Shown: piece by piece, positions 28,771 through 42,670 of the stretch
Layout of the letters: every line of letters starts with the position of its first letter
Numbering within the stretch: the first letter of the stretch is position 1
Origin: Eimeria praecox
Lineage: Eukaryota
DNA length: 64,000 bases
Direction: 5' to 3'
Assembly (NCBI GenBank): GCA_963920595.1
Contig: OY986947.1
Coordinates: 372,001-436,000 of the forward strand
Notes under the pieces: generated by a model
What the model was told of the DNA's origin: nothing
Databases searched by the model: none
Seen by the model: the letters and a program-made list of their open reading frames with translations, nothing else
Program-made: the position numbers and the translations under genes

Positions 28771-31700
28771 AACGCCAGCGCCCAGAAAAAAGGCGGGCCT
28801 CAACCAACCGCGCTCTAGACAGTTAATCGTGTGAACACCGTCTGGCATGAACTGCCACTTCCAACCTGGGGTCTCTTCCACTGTTCTCAAATTGCAACCA
28901 CATCCACGCACGTCCTGCACAAGGAGACCCGCGGCGCAGTTCAACCCCTGATGAGGACGATTCTTGCATTCCTCACCCTCCCGCCCGTCGGTGCTGTCAT
29001 GAATCCGCTCCCACCCAGCTCCACACAACAGGCACTAGAACCCATGATTCAAACGAGCACATCGAGAGAGCCTAAGCCTGTCCCCAATACCATACCCAAT
29101 CGTTCAAATCATCATAAATTTAGCGCCTCCACCTCGGCACGCACACCCACGCAAACACTCAACATCCAACACCCTCACACCCAGTGGCAAACGTTCCACA
29201 ACACAAGCGCCGAAAAAGGACGGAGGCATTCACCAACCGCCCTCTAGCCACGCGATCGTGTTGACAACGTCTGACGGGAATTGCCGCCTCCAACCTGGAG
29301 TCTCTCCCAGTGTTTCGAAATAACAACTACATTCACACACAAACTGGAAAAGGGAGAACAGCCGCGCGCCACAACCCCTGATGAGGATGATTCTTGCGTT
29401 CCTCACCTTGCCGCCCCTCGGTGTTACCATGCATCCGCTCCCACCCAGCTCCACACAACAGGCAGTGAAACCCATACTTCAAGGCAGCGCCTCGAGAGAG
29501 CCTAACCCTGTCCCCAATACCATACCCAACCGTCCAAATCATCATCCATTTAGCTTCCCCACCTCAACACGCACACCCACGCAAACACTCAACATCCAAC
29601 ACCCCTCAGGCCTAGTAGCAAACGTTCCACAACGCCAGCGCCGAAAAAGAATGCAGGCATTCACCAACCGCTCCCTAGAAAGTCGACCATATGAACAATC
29701 TCTGGCGCGAAATGCCACCTCCAATCTAGAGTCTCTTCCACTGTTTCCGTAATACAACCACAACTACGCACGTCCTGCAGAAGGGGAGCAGCGTCGCATC
29801 ACAACCCAAGATGAGAGCGATTTTTGCGTTCCTCACCTTGCCGCCCCTCGGTGTTACCATGCTAGACAGTAGATCGTGTGAACAACGTCTGGAACTGCCA
29901 CGTCCAGCCTGGAGTCTCTTCCACTGTTCCGCAATTACAAGCATGTCAACGCACCGGCTGCACAAAAGAAACAGCGGCGCAACACAGCCCATGATGAGCA
30001 CGATTCTTGCCTTTTTGATCATCCCGCTCGTCGGTACTGTCATGCGCCCGCTCCCACGCAGCTCCACACAACAGGCAGTGGAACCGTTGCTTCAAAACAG
30101 CTTATCGACATAGCCTAACCCTGTCCGCAATACCATGCCCAGCCGTCCAAATCATCATACATCTGGCGTTTCTACCCCAACACGCAGCCCAACGCAAACA
30201 CTCAAGATCCAACACCCAACACGCACACCCACGCAAACACTCAACATCCAGCACCCTCACACCCAGTGGCTTACGTGCCACAACACCAGCGCCAAAAAAA
30301 AGCGCAGACCTCCACCGACCGCGCTCTAGACAGTAGATCGTCTGTACCACGTCTGACGGGAATTTCCGCCTCCAACCTAGAGTCTCTTCCACTGTTTCGA
30401 TATTACAACCACAACCAAGCACTCCCTGCACAAGGAAAACAGCGCGCCCAGCACAACCCCTGATGAGCATGATTCTTGCGTTCCTCACCTTCCCGCCCGT
30501 CGGTGCTCTCATGCATCCGCTCCCACCCAGCTCCACACAACAAGCAGTGCAACCCATGATTCAAAACAATTCCTCGGCGGAGCCTAATCCTGTCCGCAAT
30601 ACCATACCCAATCGCTCAAATCATCATGCATCTAGCGTTTCTACCTCAACACGCTACGCTTGAGGCTCTTAGAGTGTTTCGATATTAAAACCACATCCAC
30701 CCACGTTCTGCTGCACAAGGGAAACAGCGGCGCAACATAGCCCCCCGGATGAGCACGATTCTTGCCTTTTTGACCATCCCGCTCGGCAGTGTTGTCATGC
30801 ATCCGCTTCCACGCAGCTCCACACAACAGGCAGTGGACCCATGCTTCAAAACGTCTTACCGACAGGGCCTAACCGTGTCCCCAATACCACACCCAATCGT
30901 CCAAACCATCATACATATGGCGTTTCTACCTCAACAAGCCCGCACACGCAAACACTCAACATCCAACACCCTCCCACGCAGTGGCAAACCTCCCACAACA
31001 CAAGCGCCGAAAAAAACCCACACCGTCACCAGCCGGCCCCTGGCGAGCCGATCGTGTGTGCCGCAACGTGTGATGGAATTGGCCCGTGCCTCCACCCTGC
31101 ACACTCTTCCAGTGTTTCGAAATTACAACCACATCCGCGCACTTCCTGCTGCACAAGGAAATGAGCGGCGCACCACAACCCCCCGGATGAGCACGATTCT
31201 TGCCTTTTTGACCATCCCGCTCGGCAGTGTTTTCATGCATCCGCTTCCACGCAGCTCCACACAACACGCAGTGGACCCATGCTTCAAAACGGCTTACCGA
31301 CAGGGCCTAACCGTGTCCTCAATACCACACCCAATCGTCCAGACCATCATACATATGGCGTTTCTACCTCAACACGCCCGCACACGCAAACACTCAACAT
31401 CCAACACCCTCCCACCCAGTGGCAAACCTCCCACAACACCAGTGCCGAAAAAGAACCCACACCGTCACCAGCCGGCCCCTGGCGAGCCGATCGTGTCTGC
31501 CGCATCTAATGCAATTTGCCCGCGCCTCTACGCTTGAGGCTCTTAGAGTGTTTCGATATTAAAACCACATCCACCCACGTCCTGCTGCACAAGGGAAATG
31601 AGCGGCGCACCACAAGCCCCCGGATGAGCACGATTCTTGCCTTTTTGACCATCCCGCTCAACAGGGTTTTCATGCATCCGCTTACAAGCAGCTCCACACA

Positions 31701-32379
31701 ACAGGCAGTGGACCCATGCTTCAAAACGGCTTACCGACAGGGCCTAACCGTGTCCCCAATACCACACCCAATCGTCCAAACCATCACACATCTGGCGTTT
31801 CTACCTCAACAAGCCCGCACACGCAAACACTCAACATCCAACACCCTCCCACCCAGTGGCAAACCTCCCACAACACCAGCGCCGAAAAAGAACCCACACC
31901 GTCACCAGCCGGCCCCTGGCGAGCCGATCGTGTGTGCCGCATCTAATGCAATTTGCCCGCGCCTCTACGCTTGAGGCTCTTAGAGTGTTTCGATATTAAA
32001 ACCACATCCACCCACGTTCTGCTGCACAAGGGAAATGAGCGGCGCACCACAACCCCCCGGATGAGCACGATTCTTGCCTTTTTGGCCATTCCGCTCAACA
32101 GGGTTTTCATGCATCCGCTTCCAAGCAGCTCCACACAACAGGCAGTGGACCCATGCTTCAAAACGGCTTACCGACAGGGCCTAACCGTGTCCCCAATACC
32201 ACACCCAATCGTCCAAACCATCACACATCTGGCGTTTCTACCTCAACAAGCCCGCACACGCAAACACTCAACATCCAACACCCTCCCACCCAGTGGCAAA
32301 CCTCCCACAACACCAGTGCCGAAAAAGAACCCACACCGTCACCAGCCGGCCCCTGGCGAGCCGATCGTGTGTGCCGCAT

Positions 32380-35300
32380 CTAATGCAATTTGCCCGCGCC
32401 TCTACGCTTGAGGCTCTTAGAGTGTTTCGATATTAAAACCACATCCACCCACGTTCTGCTGCACAAGGGAAATGAGCGGCGCACCACAACCCCCCGGATG
32501 AGCACGATTCTTGCCTTTTTGACCATCCCGCTCGGCAGTGTTTTCATGCATCCGCTTCCACGCAGCTCCACACAACAGGCAGTGGACCCATGCTTCAAAA
32601 CGGCTTACCGACAGGGCCTAAGCGTGTCCTCAATACCACACCCAATCGTCCAGACCATCATACATATGGCGTTTCTACCTCAACACGCCCGCACACGCAA
32701 ACACTCAACATCCAACACCCTCCCACCCAGTGGCAAACCTCCCACAACACCAGTGCCGAAAAAGAACCCACACCGTCACCAGCCGGCCCCTGGCGAGCCG
32801 ATCGTGTGTGCCGCAACGTGTCACGGAATTGGCCCGTGCCTCCACCCTGCACACTCTTCCAGTGTTTCGAAATTACAACCACATCCGCGCACTTCCTGCT
32901 GCACAAGGAAATGAGCGGCGCACCACAACCCCCCGGATGAGCACGATTCTTGCCTTTTTGACCATCCCGCTCGGCAGTGTTTTCATGCATCCGCTTCCAC
33001 GCAGCTCCACACAACACGCAGTGGACCCATGCTTCAAAACGGCTTACCGACAGGGCCTAACCGTGTCCTCAATACCACACCCAATCGTCCAGACCATCAT
33101 ACATATGGCGTTTCTACCTCAACACGCCCGCACACGCAAACACTCAACATCCAACACCCTCCCACCCAGTGGCAAACCTCCCACAACACCAGTGCCGAAA
33201 AAAAACCCACACCGTCACCAGCCGGCCCCTGGCGAGCCGATCGTGTGTGCCGCAACGTGTGATGGAATTGGCCCGTGCCTCCACCCTGCACTCTCTTCCA
33301 GTGTTTCGAAATTACAACCACATCCGCGCACTTCCTGCTGCACAAGGAAATGAGCGGCGCAACACAAGCCCCCGGATGAGCACGATTCTTGCCTTTTTGA
33401 CCATCCTGCTCAACAGTGTTTTCATGCATCCGCTTACAAGCAGCTCCACACAACAGGCAGTGGACCCATGCTTCAAAACGTCTTACCGACAGGGCCTAAC
33501 CGTGTCCCCAGTACCACACCCAATCATCCAAATAATCATACATCTTGCGTTTCTACCTCAACACGCCCGCACACGCAAACACTCAACATCCAACACCCTC
33601 CCACCCAGTGGCAAACCTCCCACAACACCAGCGCCGAAAAAGAACCCACACCGTCACCAGCCGGACCCTGGCGAGCCGATCGTGTGTGCCGCATCTAATG
33701 CAATTTGCCCGCGCCTCTACGCTTGAGGCTCTTAGAGTGTTTCGATATTAAAACCACATCCACCCACGTTCTGCTGCACAAGGGAAATGAGCGGCGCACC
33801 ACAACCCCCCGGATGAGCACGATTCTTGCCTTTTTGGCCATTCCGCTCAACAGGGTTTTCATGCATCCGCTTCCAAGCAGCTCCACACAACAGGCAGTGG
33901 ACCCATGCTTCAAAACGGCTTACCGACAGGGCCTAACCGTGTCCCCAATACCACACCCAATCGTCCAAACCATCACACATCTGGCGTTTCTACCTCAACA
34001 AGCCCGCACACGCAAACACTCAACATCCAACACCCTCCCACCCAGTGGCAAACCTCCCACAACACCAGTGCCGAAAAAGAACCCACACCGTCACCAGCCG
34101 GCCCCTGGCGAGCCGATCGTGTGTGCCGCAACGTGTCACGGAATTGGCCCGTGCCTCCACCCTGCACTCTCTTCCAGTGTTTCGAAATTACAACCACATC
34201 CGCGCACTTCCTGCTGCACAAGGAAATGAGCGGCGCACCACAACCCCCTGGATGAGCACGATTCTTGCCTTTTTGACCATCCCGCTCGGCAGTGTTTTCA
34301 TGCATCCGCTTCCACGCAGCTCCACACAACACGCAGTGGACCCATGCTTCAAAACGGCTTACCGACAGGGCCTAACCGTGTCCTCAATACCACACCCAAT
34401 CGTCCAGACCATCATACATATGGCGTTTCTACCTCAACACGCCCGCACACGCAAACACTCAACATCCAACACCCTCCCACCCAGTGGCAAACCTCCCACA
34501 ACACCAGTGCCGAAAAAAAACCCACACCGTCACCAGCCGGCCCCTGGCGAGCCGATCGTGTGTGCCGCAACGTGTGATGGAATTGGCCCGTGCCTCCACC
34601 CTGCACTCTCTTCCAGTGTTTCGAAATTACAACCACATCCGCGCACTTCCTGCTGCACAAGGAAATGAGCGGCGCAACACAAGCCCCCGGATGAGCACGA
34701 TTCTTGCCTTTTTGACCATCCTGCTCAACAGTGTTTTCATGCATCCGCTTACAAGCAGCTCCACACAACAGGCAGTGGACCCATGCTTCAAAACGTCTTA
34801 CCGACAGGGCCTAACCGTGTCCCCAGTACCACACCCAATCATCCAAATAATCATACATCTTGCGTTTCTACCTCAACACGCCCGCACACGCAAACACTCA
34901 ACATCCAACACCCTCCCACCCAGTGGCAAACCTCCCACAACACCAGCGCCGAAAAAGAACCCACACCGTCACCAGCCGGACCCTGGCGAGCCGATCGTGT
35001 GTGCCGCATCTAATGCAATTTGCCCGCGCCTCTACGCTTGAGGCTCTTAGAGTGTTTCGATATTAAAACCACATCCACCCACGTTCTGCTGCACAAGGGA
35101 AATGAGCGGCGCACCACAACCCCCCGGATGAGCACGATTCTTGCCTTTTTGGCCATTCCGCTCAACAGGGTTTTCATGCATCCGCTTCCAAGCAGCTCCA
35201 CACAACAGGCAGTGGACCCATGCTTCAAAACGGCTTACCGACAGGGCCTAACCGTGTCCCCAATACCACACCCAATCGTCCAAACCATCACACATCTGGC

Positions 35301-37640
35301 GTTTCTACCTCAACAAGCCCGCACACGCAAACACTCAACATCCAACACCCTCCCACCCAGTGGCAAACCTCCCACAACACCAGTGCCGAAAAAGAACCCA
35401 CACCGTCACCAGCCGGCCCCTGGCGAGCCGATCGTGTGTGCCGCAACGTGTCACGGAATTGGCCCGTGCCTCCACCCTGCACTCTCTTCCAGTGTTTCGA
35501 AATTACAACCACATCCGCGCACTTCCTGCTGCACAAGGAAATGAGCGGCGCACCACAACCCCCTGGATGAGCACGATTCTTGCCTTTTTGACCATCCCGC
35601 TCGGCAGTGTTTTCATGCATCCGCTTCCACGCAGCTCCACACAACACGCAGTGGACCCATGCTTCAAAACGGCTTACCGACAGGGCCTAACCGTGTCCTC
35701 AATACCACACCCAATCGTCCAGACCATCATACATATGGCGTTTCTACCTCAACACGCCCGCACACGCAAACACTCAACATCCAACACCCTCCCACCCAGT
35801 GGCAAACCTCCCACAACACCAGTGCCGAAAAAAAACCCACACCGTCACCAGCCGGCCCCTGGCGAGCCGATCGTGTGTGCCGCAACGTGTGATGGAATTG
35901 GCCCGTGCCTCCACCCTGCACTCTCTTCCAGTGTTTCGAAATTACAACCACATCCGCGCACTTCCTGCTGCACAAGGAAATGAGCGGCGCAACACAAGCC
36001 CCCGGATGAGCACGATTCTTGCCTTTTTGACCATCCTGCTCAACAGTGTTTTCATGCATCCGCTTACAAGCAGCTCCACACAACAGGCAGTGGACCCATG
36101 CTTCAAAACGTCTTACCGACAGGGCCTAACCGTGTCCCCAGTACCACACCCAATCATCCAAATAATCATACATCTTGCGTTTCTACCTCAACACGCCCGC
36201 ACACGCAAACACTCAACATCCAACACCCTCCCACCCAGTGGCAAACCTCCCACAACACCAGCGCCGAAAAAGAACCCACACCGTCACCAGCCGGCCCCTG
36301 GCGAGCCGATCGTGTGTGCCGCATCTAATGCAATTTGCCCGCGCCTCTACGCTTGAGGCTCTTAGAGTGTTTCGATATTAAAACCACATCCACCCACGTT
36401 CTGCTGCACAAGGGAAATGAGCGGCGCACCACAACCCCCCGGATGAGCACGATTCTTGCCTTTTTGGCCATTCCGCTCAACAGGGTTTTCATGCATCCGC
36501 TTCCAAGCAGCTCCACACAACAGGCAGTGGACCCATGCTTCAAAACGGCTTACCGACAGGGCCTAACCGTGTCCCCAATACCACACCCAATCGTCCAAAC
36601 CATCACACATCTGGCGTTTCTACCTCAACAAGCCCGCACACGCAAACACTCAACATCCAACACCCTCCCACCCAGTGGCAAACCTCCCACAACACCAGTG
36701 CCGAAAAAGAACCCACACCGTCACCAGCCGGCCCCTGGCGAGCCGATCGTGTGTGCCGCAACGTGTCACGGAATTGGCCCGTGCCTCCACCCTGCACTCT
36801 CTTCCAGTGTTTCGAAATTACAACCACATCCGCGCACTTCCTGCTGCACAAGGAAATGAGCGGCGCACCACAACCCCCCGGATGAGCACGATTCTTGCCT
36901 TTTTGACCATCCCGCTCGGCAGTGTTTTCATGCATCCGCTTCCACGCAGCTCCACACAACACGCAGTGGACCCATGCTTCAAAACGGCTTACCGACAGGG
37001 CCTAACCGTGTCCTCAATACCACACCCAATCGTCCAGACCATCATACATATGGCGTTTCTACCTCAACACGCCCGCACACGCAAACACTCAACATCCAAC
37101 ACCCTCCCACCCAGTGGCAAACCTCCCACAACACCAGTGCCGAAAAAAAACCCACACCGTCACCAGCCGGCCCCTGGCGAGCCGATCGTGTGTGCCGCAA
37201 CGTGTGATGGAATTGGCCCGTGCCTCCACCCTGCACTCTCTTCCAGTGTTTCGAAATTACAACCACATCCGCGCACTTCCTGCTGCACAAGGAAATGAGC
37301 GGCGCAACACAAGCCCCCGGATGAGCACGATTCTTGCCTTTTTGACCATCCTGCTCAACAGTGTTTTCATGCATCCGCTTACAAGCAGCTCCACACAACA
37401 GGCAGTGGACCCATGCTTCAAAACGGCTTACCGACAGGGCCTAACCGTGTCCCCAGTACCACACCCAATCATCCAAATAATCATACATCTTGCGTTTCTA
37501 CCTCAACACGCCCGCACACGCAAACACTCAACATCCAACACCCTCCCACCCAGTGGCAAACCTCCCACAACACCAGCGCCGAAAAAGAACCCACACCGTC
37601 ACCAGCCGGCCCCTGGCGAGCCGATCGTGTGTGCCGCATC
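32380..37640 (+). repeat. 3-monomer HOR (X-Y-Y, 1,315 bp), ~4 copies
   Basis: ORF starts 33029/34344/35659/36974 and 33705/35020/36335/37650 are spaced exactly 1,315 (437+439+439). Confidence 0.92.
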
Positions 37641-40600
37641 TAATGCAATTTGCCCGCGCCTCTACGCTTGAGGCTCTTAGAGTGTTTCGATATTAAAACC
37701 ACATCCACCCACGTTCTGCTGCACAAGGGAAATGAGCGGCGCACCACAACCCCCCGGATGAGCACGATTCTTGCCTTTTTGGCCATTCCGCTCAACAGGG
37801 TTTTCATGCATCCGCTTCCAAGCAGCTCCACACAACAGGCAGTGGACCCATGCTTCAAAACGGCTTACCGACAGGGCCTAACCGTGTCCCCAATACCACA
37901 CCCAATCGTCCAAACCATCACACATCTGGCGTTTCTACCTCAACAAGCCCGCACACGCAAACACTCAACATCCAACACCCTCCCACCCAGTGGCAAACCT
38001 CCCACAACACCAGTGCCGAAAAAGAACCCACACCGTCACCAGCCGGCCCCTGGCGAGCCGATCGTGTCTGCCGCATCTAATGCAATTTGCCCGCGCCTCT
38101 ACGCTTGAGGCTCTTAGAGTGTTTCGATATTAAAACCACATCCACCCACGTTCTGCTGCACAAGGGAAACAGCGGCGCACCACAACCCCCCGGATGAGCA
38201 CGATTCTTGCCTTTTTGACCATCCCGCTCGGCAGTGTTTTCATGCATCCGCTTCCACGCAGCTCCACACAACAGGCAGTGGACCCATGCTTCAAAACGGC
38301 TTACCGACAGGGCCTAACCGTGTCCCCAATACCACACCCAATCGTCCAAACCATCACACATCTGGCGTTTCTACCTCAACACGCCCGCACACGCAAACAC
38401 TCAACATCCAACACCCTCCCACCCAGTGGCAAACCTCCCACAACACCAGTGCCGAAAAAGAACCCACACCGTCACCAGCCGGCCCCTGGCGAGCCCATCG
38501 TGTCTGCCGCATCTAATGCAATTTGCCCGCGCCTCTACGCTTGAGGCTCTTAGAGTGTTTCGATATTAAAACCACATCCACCCACGTTCTGCTGCACAAG
38601 GGAAATGAGCGGCGCACCACAACCCCCCGGATGAGCACGATTCTTGCCTTTTTGACCATCCCGCTCAACAGGGTTTTCATGCATCCGCTTACAAGCAGCT
38701 CCACACAACAGGCAGTGGACCCATGCTTCAAAACGGCTTACCGACAGGGCCTAACCGTGTCCCCAATACCACACCCAATCGTCCAAACCATCACACATCT
38801 GGCGTTTCTACCTCAACAAGCCCGCACACGCAAACACTCAACATCCAACACCCTCCCACCCAGTGGCAAACCTCCCACAACACCAGTGCCGAAAAAGAAC
38901 CCACACCGTCACCAGCCGGCCCCTGGCGAGCCGATCGTGTGTGCCGCATCTAATGCAATTTGCCCGCGCCTCTACGCTTGAGGCTCTTAGAGTGTTTCGA
39001 TATTAAAACCACATCCACCCACGTTCTGCTGCACAAGGGAAATGAGCGGCGCACCACAACCCCCCGGATGAGCACGATTCTTGCCTTTTTGACCATCCCG
39101 CTCGGCAGTGTTTTCATGCATCCGCTTCCACGCAGCTCCACACAACAGGCAGTGGACCCATGCTTCAAAACGGCTTACCGACAGGGCCTAACCGTGTCCC
39201 CAATACCACACCCAATCGTCCAAACCATCACACATCTGGCGTTTCTACCTCAACAAGCCCGCACACGCAAACACTCAACATCCAACACCCTCCCACCCAG
39301 TGGCAAACCTCCCACAACACCAGTGCCGAAAAAGAACCCACACCGTCACCAGCCGGCCCCTGGCGAGCCGATCGTGTGTGCCGCAACGTGTCACGGAATT
39401 GGCCCGTGCCTCCACCCTGCACTCTCTTCCAGTGTTTCGAAATTACAACCACATCCGCGCACTTCCTGCTGCACAAGGAAATGAGCGGCGCACCACAACC
39501 CCCCGGATGAGCACGATTCTTGCCTTTTTGACCATCCCGCTCGGCAGTGTTTTCATGCATCCGCTTCCACGCAGCTCCACACAACACGCAGTGGACCCAT
39601 GCTTCAAAACGGCTTACCGACAGGGCCTAACCGTGTCCTCAATACCACACCCAATCGTCCAGACCATCATACATATGGCGTTTCTACCTCAACACGCCCG
39701 CACACGCAAACACTCAACATCCAACACCCTCCCACCCAGTGGCAAACCTCCCACAACACCAGTGCCGAAAAAAAACCCACACCGTCACCAGCCGGCCCCT
39801 GGCGAGCCGATCGTGTGTGCCGCAACGTGTGATGGAATTGGCCCGTGCCTCCACCCTGCACTCTCTTCCAGTGTTTCGAAATTACAACCACATCCGCGCA
39901 CTTCCTGCTGCACAAGGAAATGAGCGGCGCAACACAAGCCCCCGGATGAGCACGATTCTTGCCTTTTTGACCATCCTGCTCAACAGTGTTTTCATGCATC
40001 CGCTTACAAGCAGCTCCACACAACAGGCAGTGGACCCATGCTTCAAAACGGCTTACCGACAGGGCCTAACCGTGTCCCCAGTACCACACCCAATCATCCA
40101 AATAATCATACATCTTGCGTTTCTACCTCAACACGCCCGCACACGCAAACACTCAACATCCAACACCCTCCCACCCAGTGGCAAACCTCCCACAACACCA
40201 GCGCCGAAAAAGAACCCACACCGTCACCAGCCGGCCCCTGGCGAGCCGATCGTGTGTGCCGCATCTAATGCAATTTGCCCGCGCCTCTACGCTTGAGGCT
40301 CTTAGAGTGTTTCGATATTAAAACCACATCCACCCACGTTCTGCTGCACAAGGGAAATGAGCGGCGCACCACAACCCCCCGGATGAGCACGATTCTTGCC
40401 TTTTTGGCCATTCCGCTCAACAGGGTTTTCATGCATCCGCTTCCAAGCAGCTCCACACAACAGGCAGTGGACCCATGCTTCAAAACGGCTTACCGACAGG
40501 GCCTAACCGTGTCCCCAATACCACACCCAATCGTCCAAACCATCACACATCTGGCGTTTCTACCTCAACAAGCCCGCACACGCAAACACTCAACATCCAA

Positions 40601-42670
40601 CACCCTCCCACCCAGTGGCAAACCTCCCACAACACCAGTGCCGAAAAAGAACCCACACCGTCACCAGCCGGCCCCTGGCGAGCCGATCGTGTCTGCCGCA
40701 TCTAATGCAATTTGCCCGCGCCTCTACGCTTGAGGCTCTTAGAGTGTTTCGATATTAAAACCACATCCACCCACGTTCTGCTGCACAAGGGAAACAGCGG
40801 CGCACCACAACCCCCCGGATGAGCACGATTCTTGCCTTTTTGACCATCCCGCTCGGCAGTGTTTTCATGCATCCGCTTCCACGCAGCTCCACACAACAGG
40901 CAGTGGACCCATGCTTCAAAACGGCTTACCGACAGGGCCTAACCGTGTCCCCAATACCACACCCAATCGTCCAAACCATCACACATCTGGCGTTTCTACC
41001 TCAACACGCCCGCACACGCAAACACTCAACATCCAACACCCTCCCACCCAGTGGCAAACCTCCCACAACACCAGTGCCGAAAAAGAACCCACACCGTCAC
41101 CAGCCGGCCCCTGGCGAGCCCATCGTGTCTGCCGCATCTAATGCAATTTGCCCGCGCCTCTACGCTTGAGGCTCTTAGAGTGTTTCGATATTAAAACCAC
41201 ATCCACCCACGTTCTGCTGCACAAGGGAAATGAGCGGCGCACCACAACCCCCCGGATGAGCACGATTCTTGCCTTTTTGACCATCCCGCTCAACAGGGTT
41301 TTCATGCATCCGCTTACAAGCAGCTCCACACAACAGGCAGTGGACCCATGCTTCAAAACGGCTTACCGACAGGGCCTAACCGTGTCCCCAATACCACACC
41401 CAATCGTCCAAACCATCACACATCTGGCGTTTCTACCTCAACAAGCCCGCACACGCAAACACTCAACATCCAACACCCTCCCACCCAGTGGCAAACCTCC
41501 CACAACACCAGTGCCGAAAAAGAACCCACACCGTCACCAGCCGGCCCCTGGCGAGCCGATCGTGTGTGCCGCATCTAATGCAATTTGCCCGCGCCTCTAC
41601 GCTTGAGGCTCTTAGAGTGTTTCGATATTAAAACCACATCCACCCACGTTCTGCTGCACAAGGGAAATGAGCGGCGCACCACAACCCCCCGGATGAGCAC
41701 GATTCTTGCCTTTTTGACCATCCCGCTCGGCAGTGTTTTCATGCATCCGCTTCCACGCAGCTCCACACAACAGGCAGTGGACCCATGCTTCAAAACGGCT
41801 TACCGACAGGGCCTAACCGTGTCCCCAATACCACACCCAATCGTCCAGACCATCATACATATGGCGTTTCTACCTCAACACGCCCGCACACGCAAACACT
41901 CAACATCCAACACCCTCCCACCCAGTGGCAAACCTCCCACAACACCAGTGCCGAAAAAGAACCCACACCGTCACCAGCCGGCCCCTGGCGAGCCGATCGT
42001 GTGTGCCGCAACGTGTCACGGAATTGGCCCGTGCCTCCACCCTGCACTCTCTTCCAGTGTTTCGAAATTACAACCACATCCGCGCACTTCCTGCTGCACA
42101 AGGAAATGAGCGGCGCACCACAACCCCCCGGATGAGCACGATTCTTGCCTTTTTGACCATCCCGCTCGGCAGTGTTTTCATGCATCCGCTTCCACGCAGC
42201 TCCACACAACACGCAGTGGACCCATGCTTCAAAACGGCTTACCGACAGGGCCTAACCGTGTCCTCAATACCACACCCAATCGTCCAAACCATCATACATA
42301 TGGCGTTTCTACCTCAACACGCCCGCACACGCAAACACTCAACATCCAACACCCTCCCACCCAGTGGCAAACCTCCCACAACACCAGTGCCGAAAAAAAA
42401 CCCACACCGTCACCAGCCGGCCCCTGGCGAGCCGATCGTGTGTGCCGCAACGTGTGATGGAATTGGCCCGTGCCTCCACCCTGCACTCTCTTCCAGTGTT
42501 TCGAAATTACAACCACATCCGCGCACTTCCTGCTGCACAAGGAAATGAGCGGCGCAACACAAGCCCCCGGATGAGCACGATTCTTGCCTTTTTGACCATC
42601 CTGCTCAACAGTGTTTTCATGCATCCGCTTACAAGCAGCTCCACACAACAGGCAGTGGACCCATGCTTCA
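36500..42670 (+). repeat. 6-monomer HOR (X-X-X-X-Y-Y, 2,625 bp), just over 2 copies
   Basis: Offset 2,625 for 36535/39160, 36974/39599/42224, 37850/40475, 38286/40911, 38723/41348. Private variant gagcccatcg at ~38,491 and ~41,116. Confidence 0.92.

Larger units (their letters stand above)
9281..30654 (+). repeat. Divergent (older) monomeric layer of the same satellite family, ~50 monomers of mostly ~426-433 bp
   Basis: Same motif order as array A, but many substitutions and indels between adjacent units. Spacings of 429-431 bp (9699/10128/10557; 26291/26720; 27972/28402). Confidence 0.93.

Noticed and set aside
32110..32130. CENP-B-box-like motif (atccgcttccaagcag)
   Set aside because: It shares only ccgcttcca with the reverse complement of the box. 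The essential CCCG and CGAA positions do not match.
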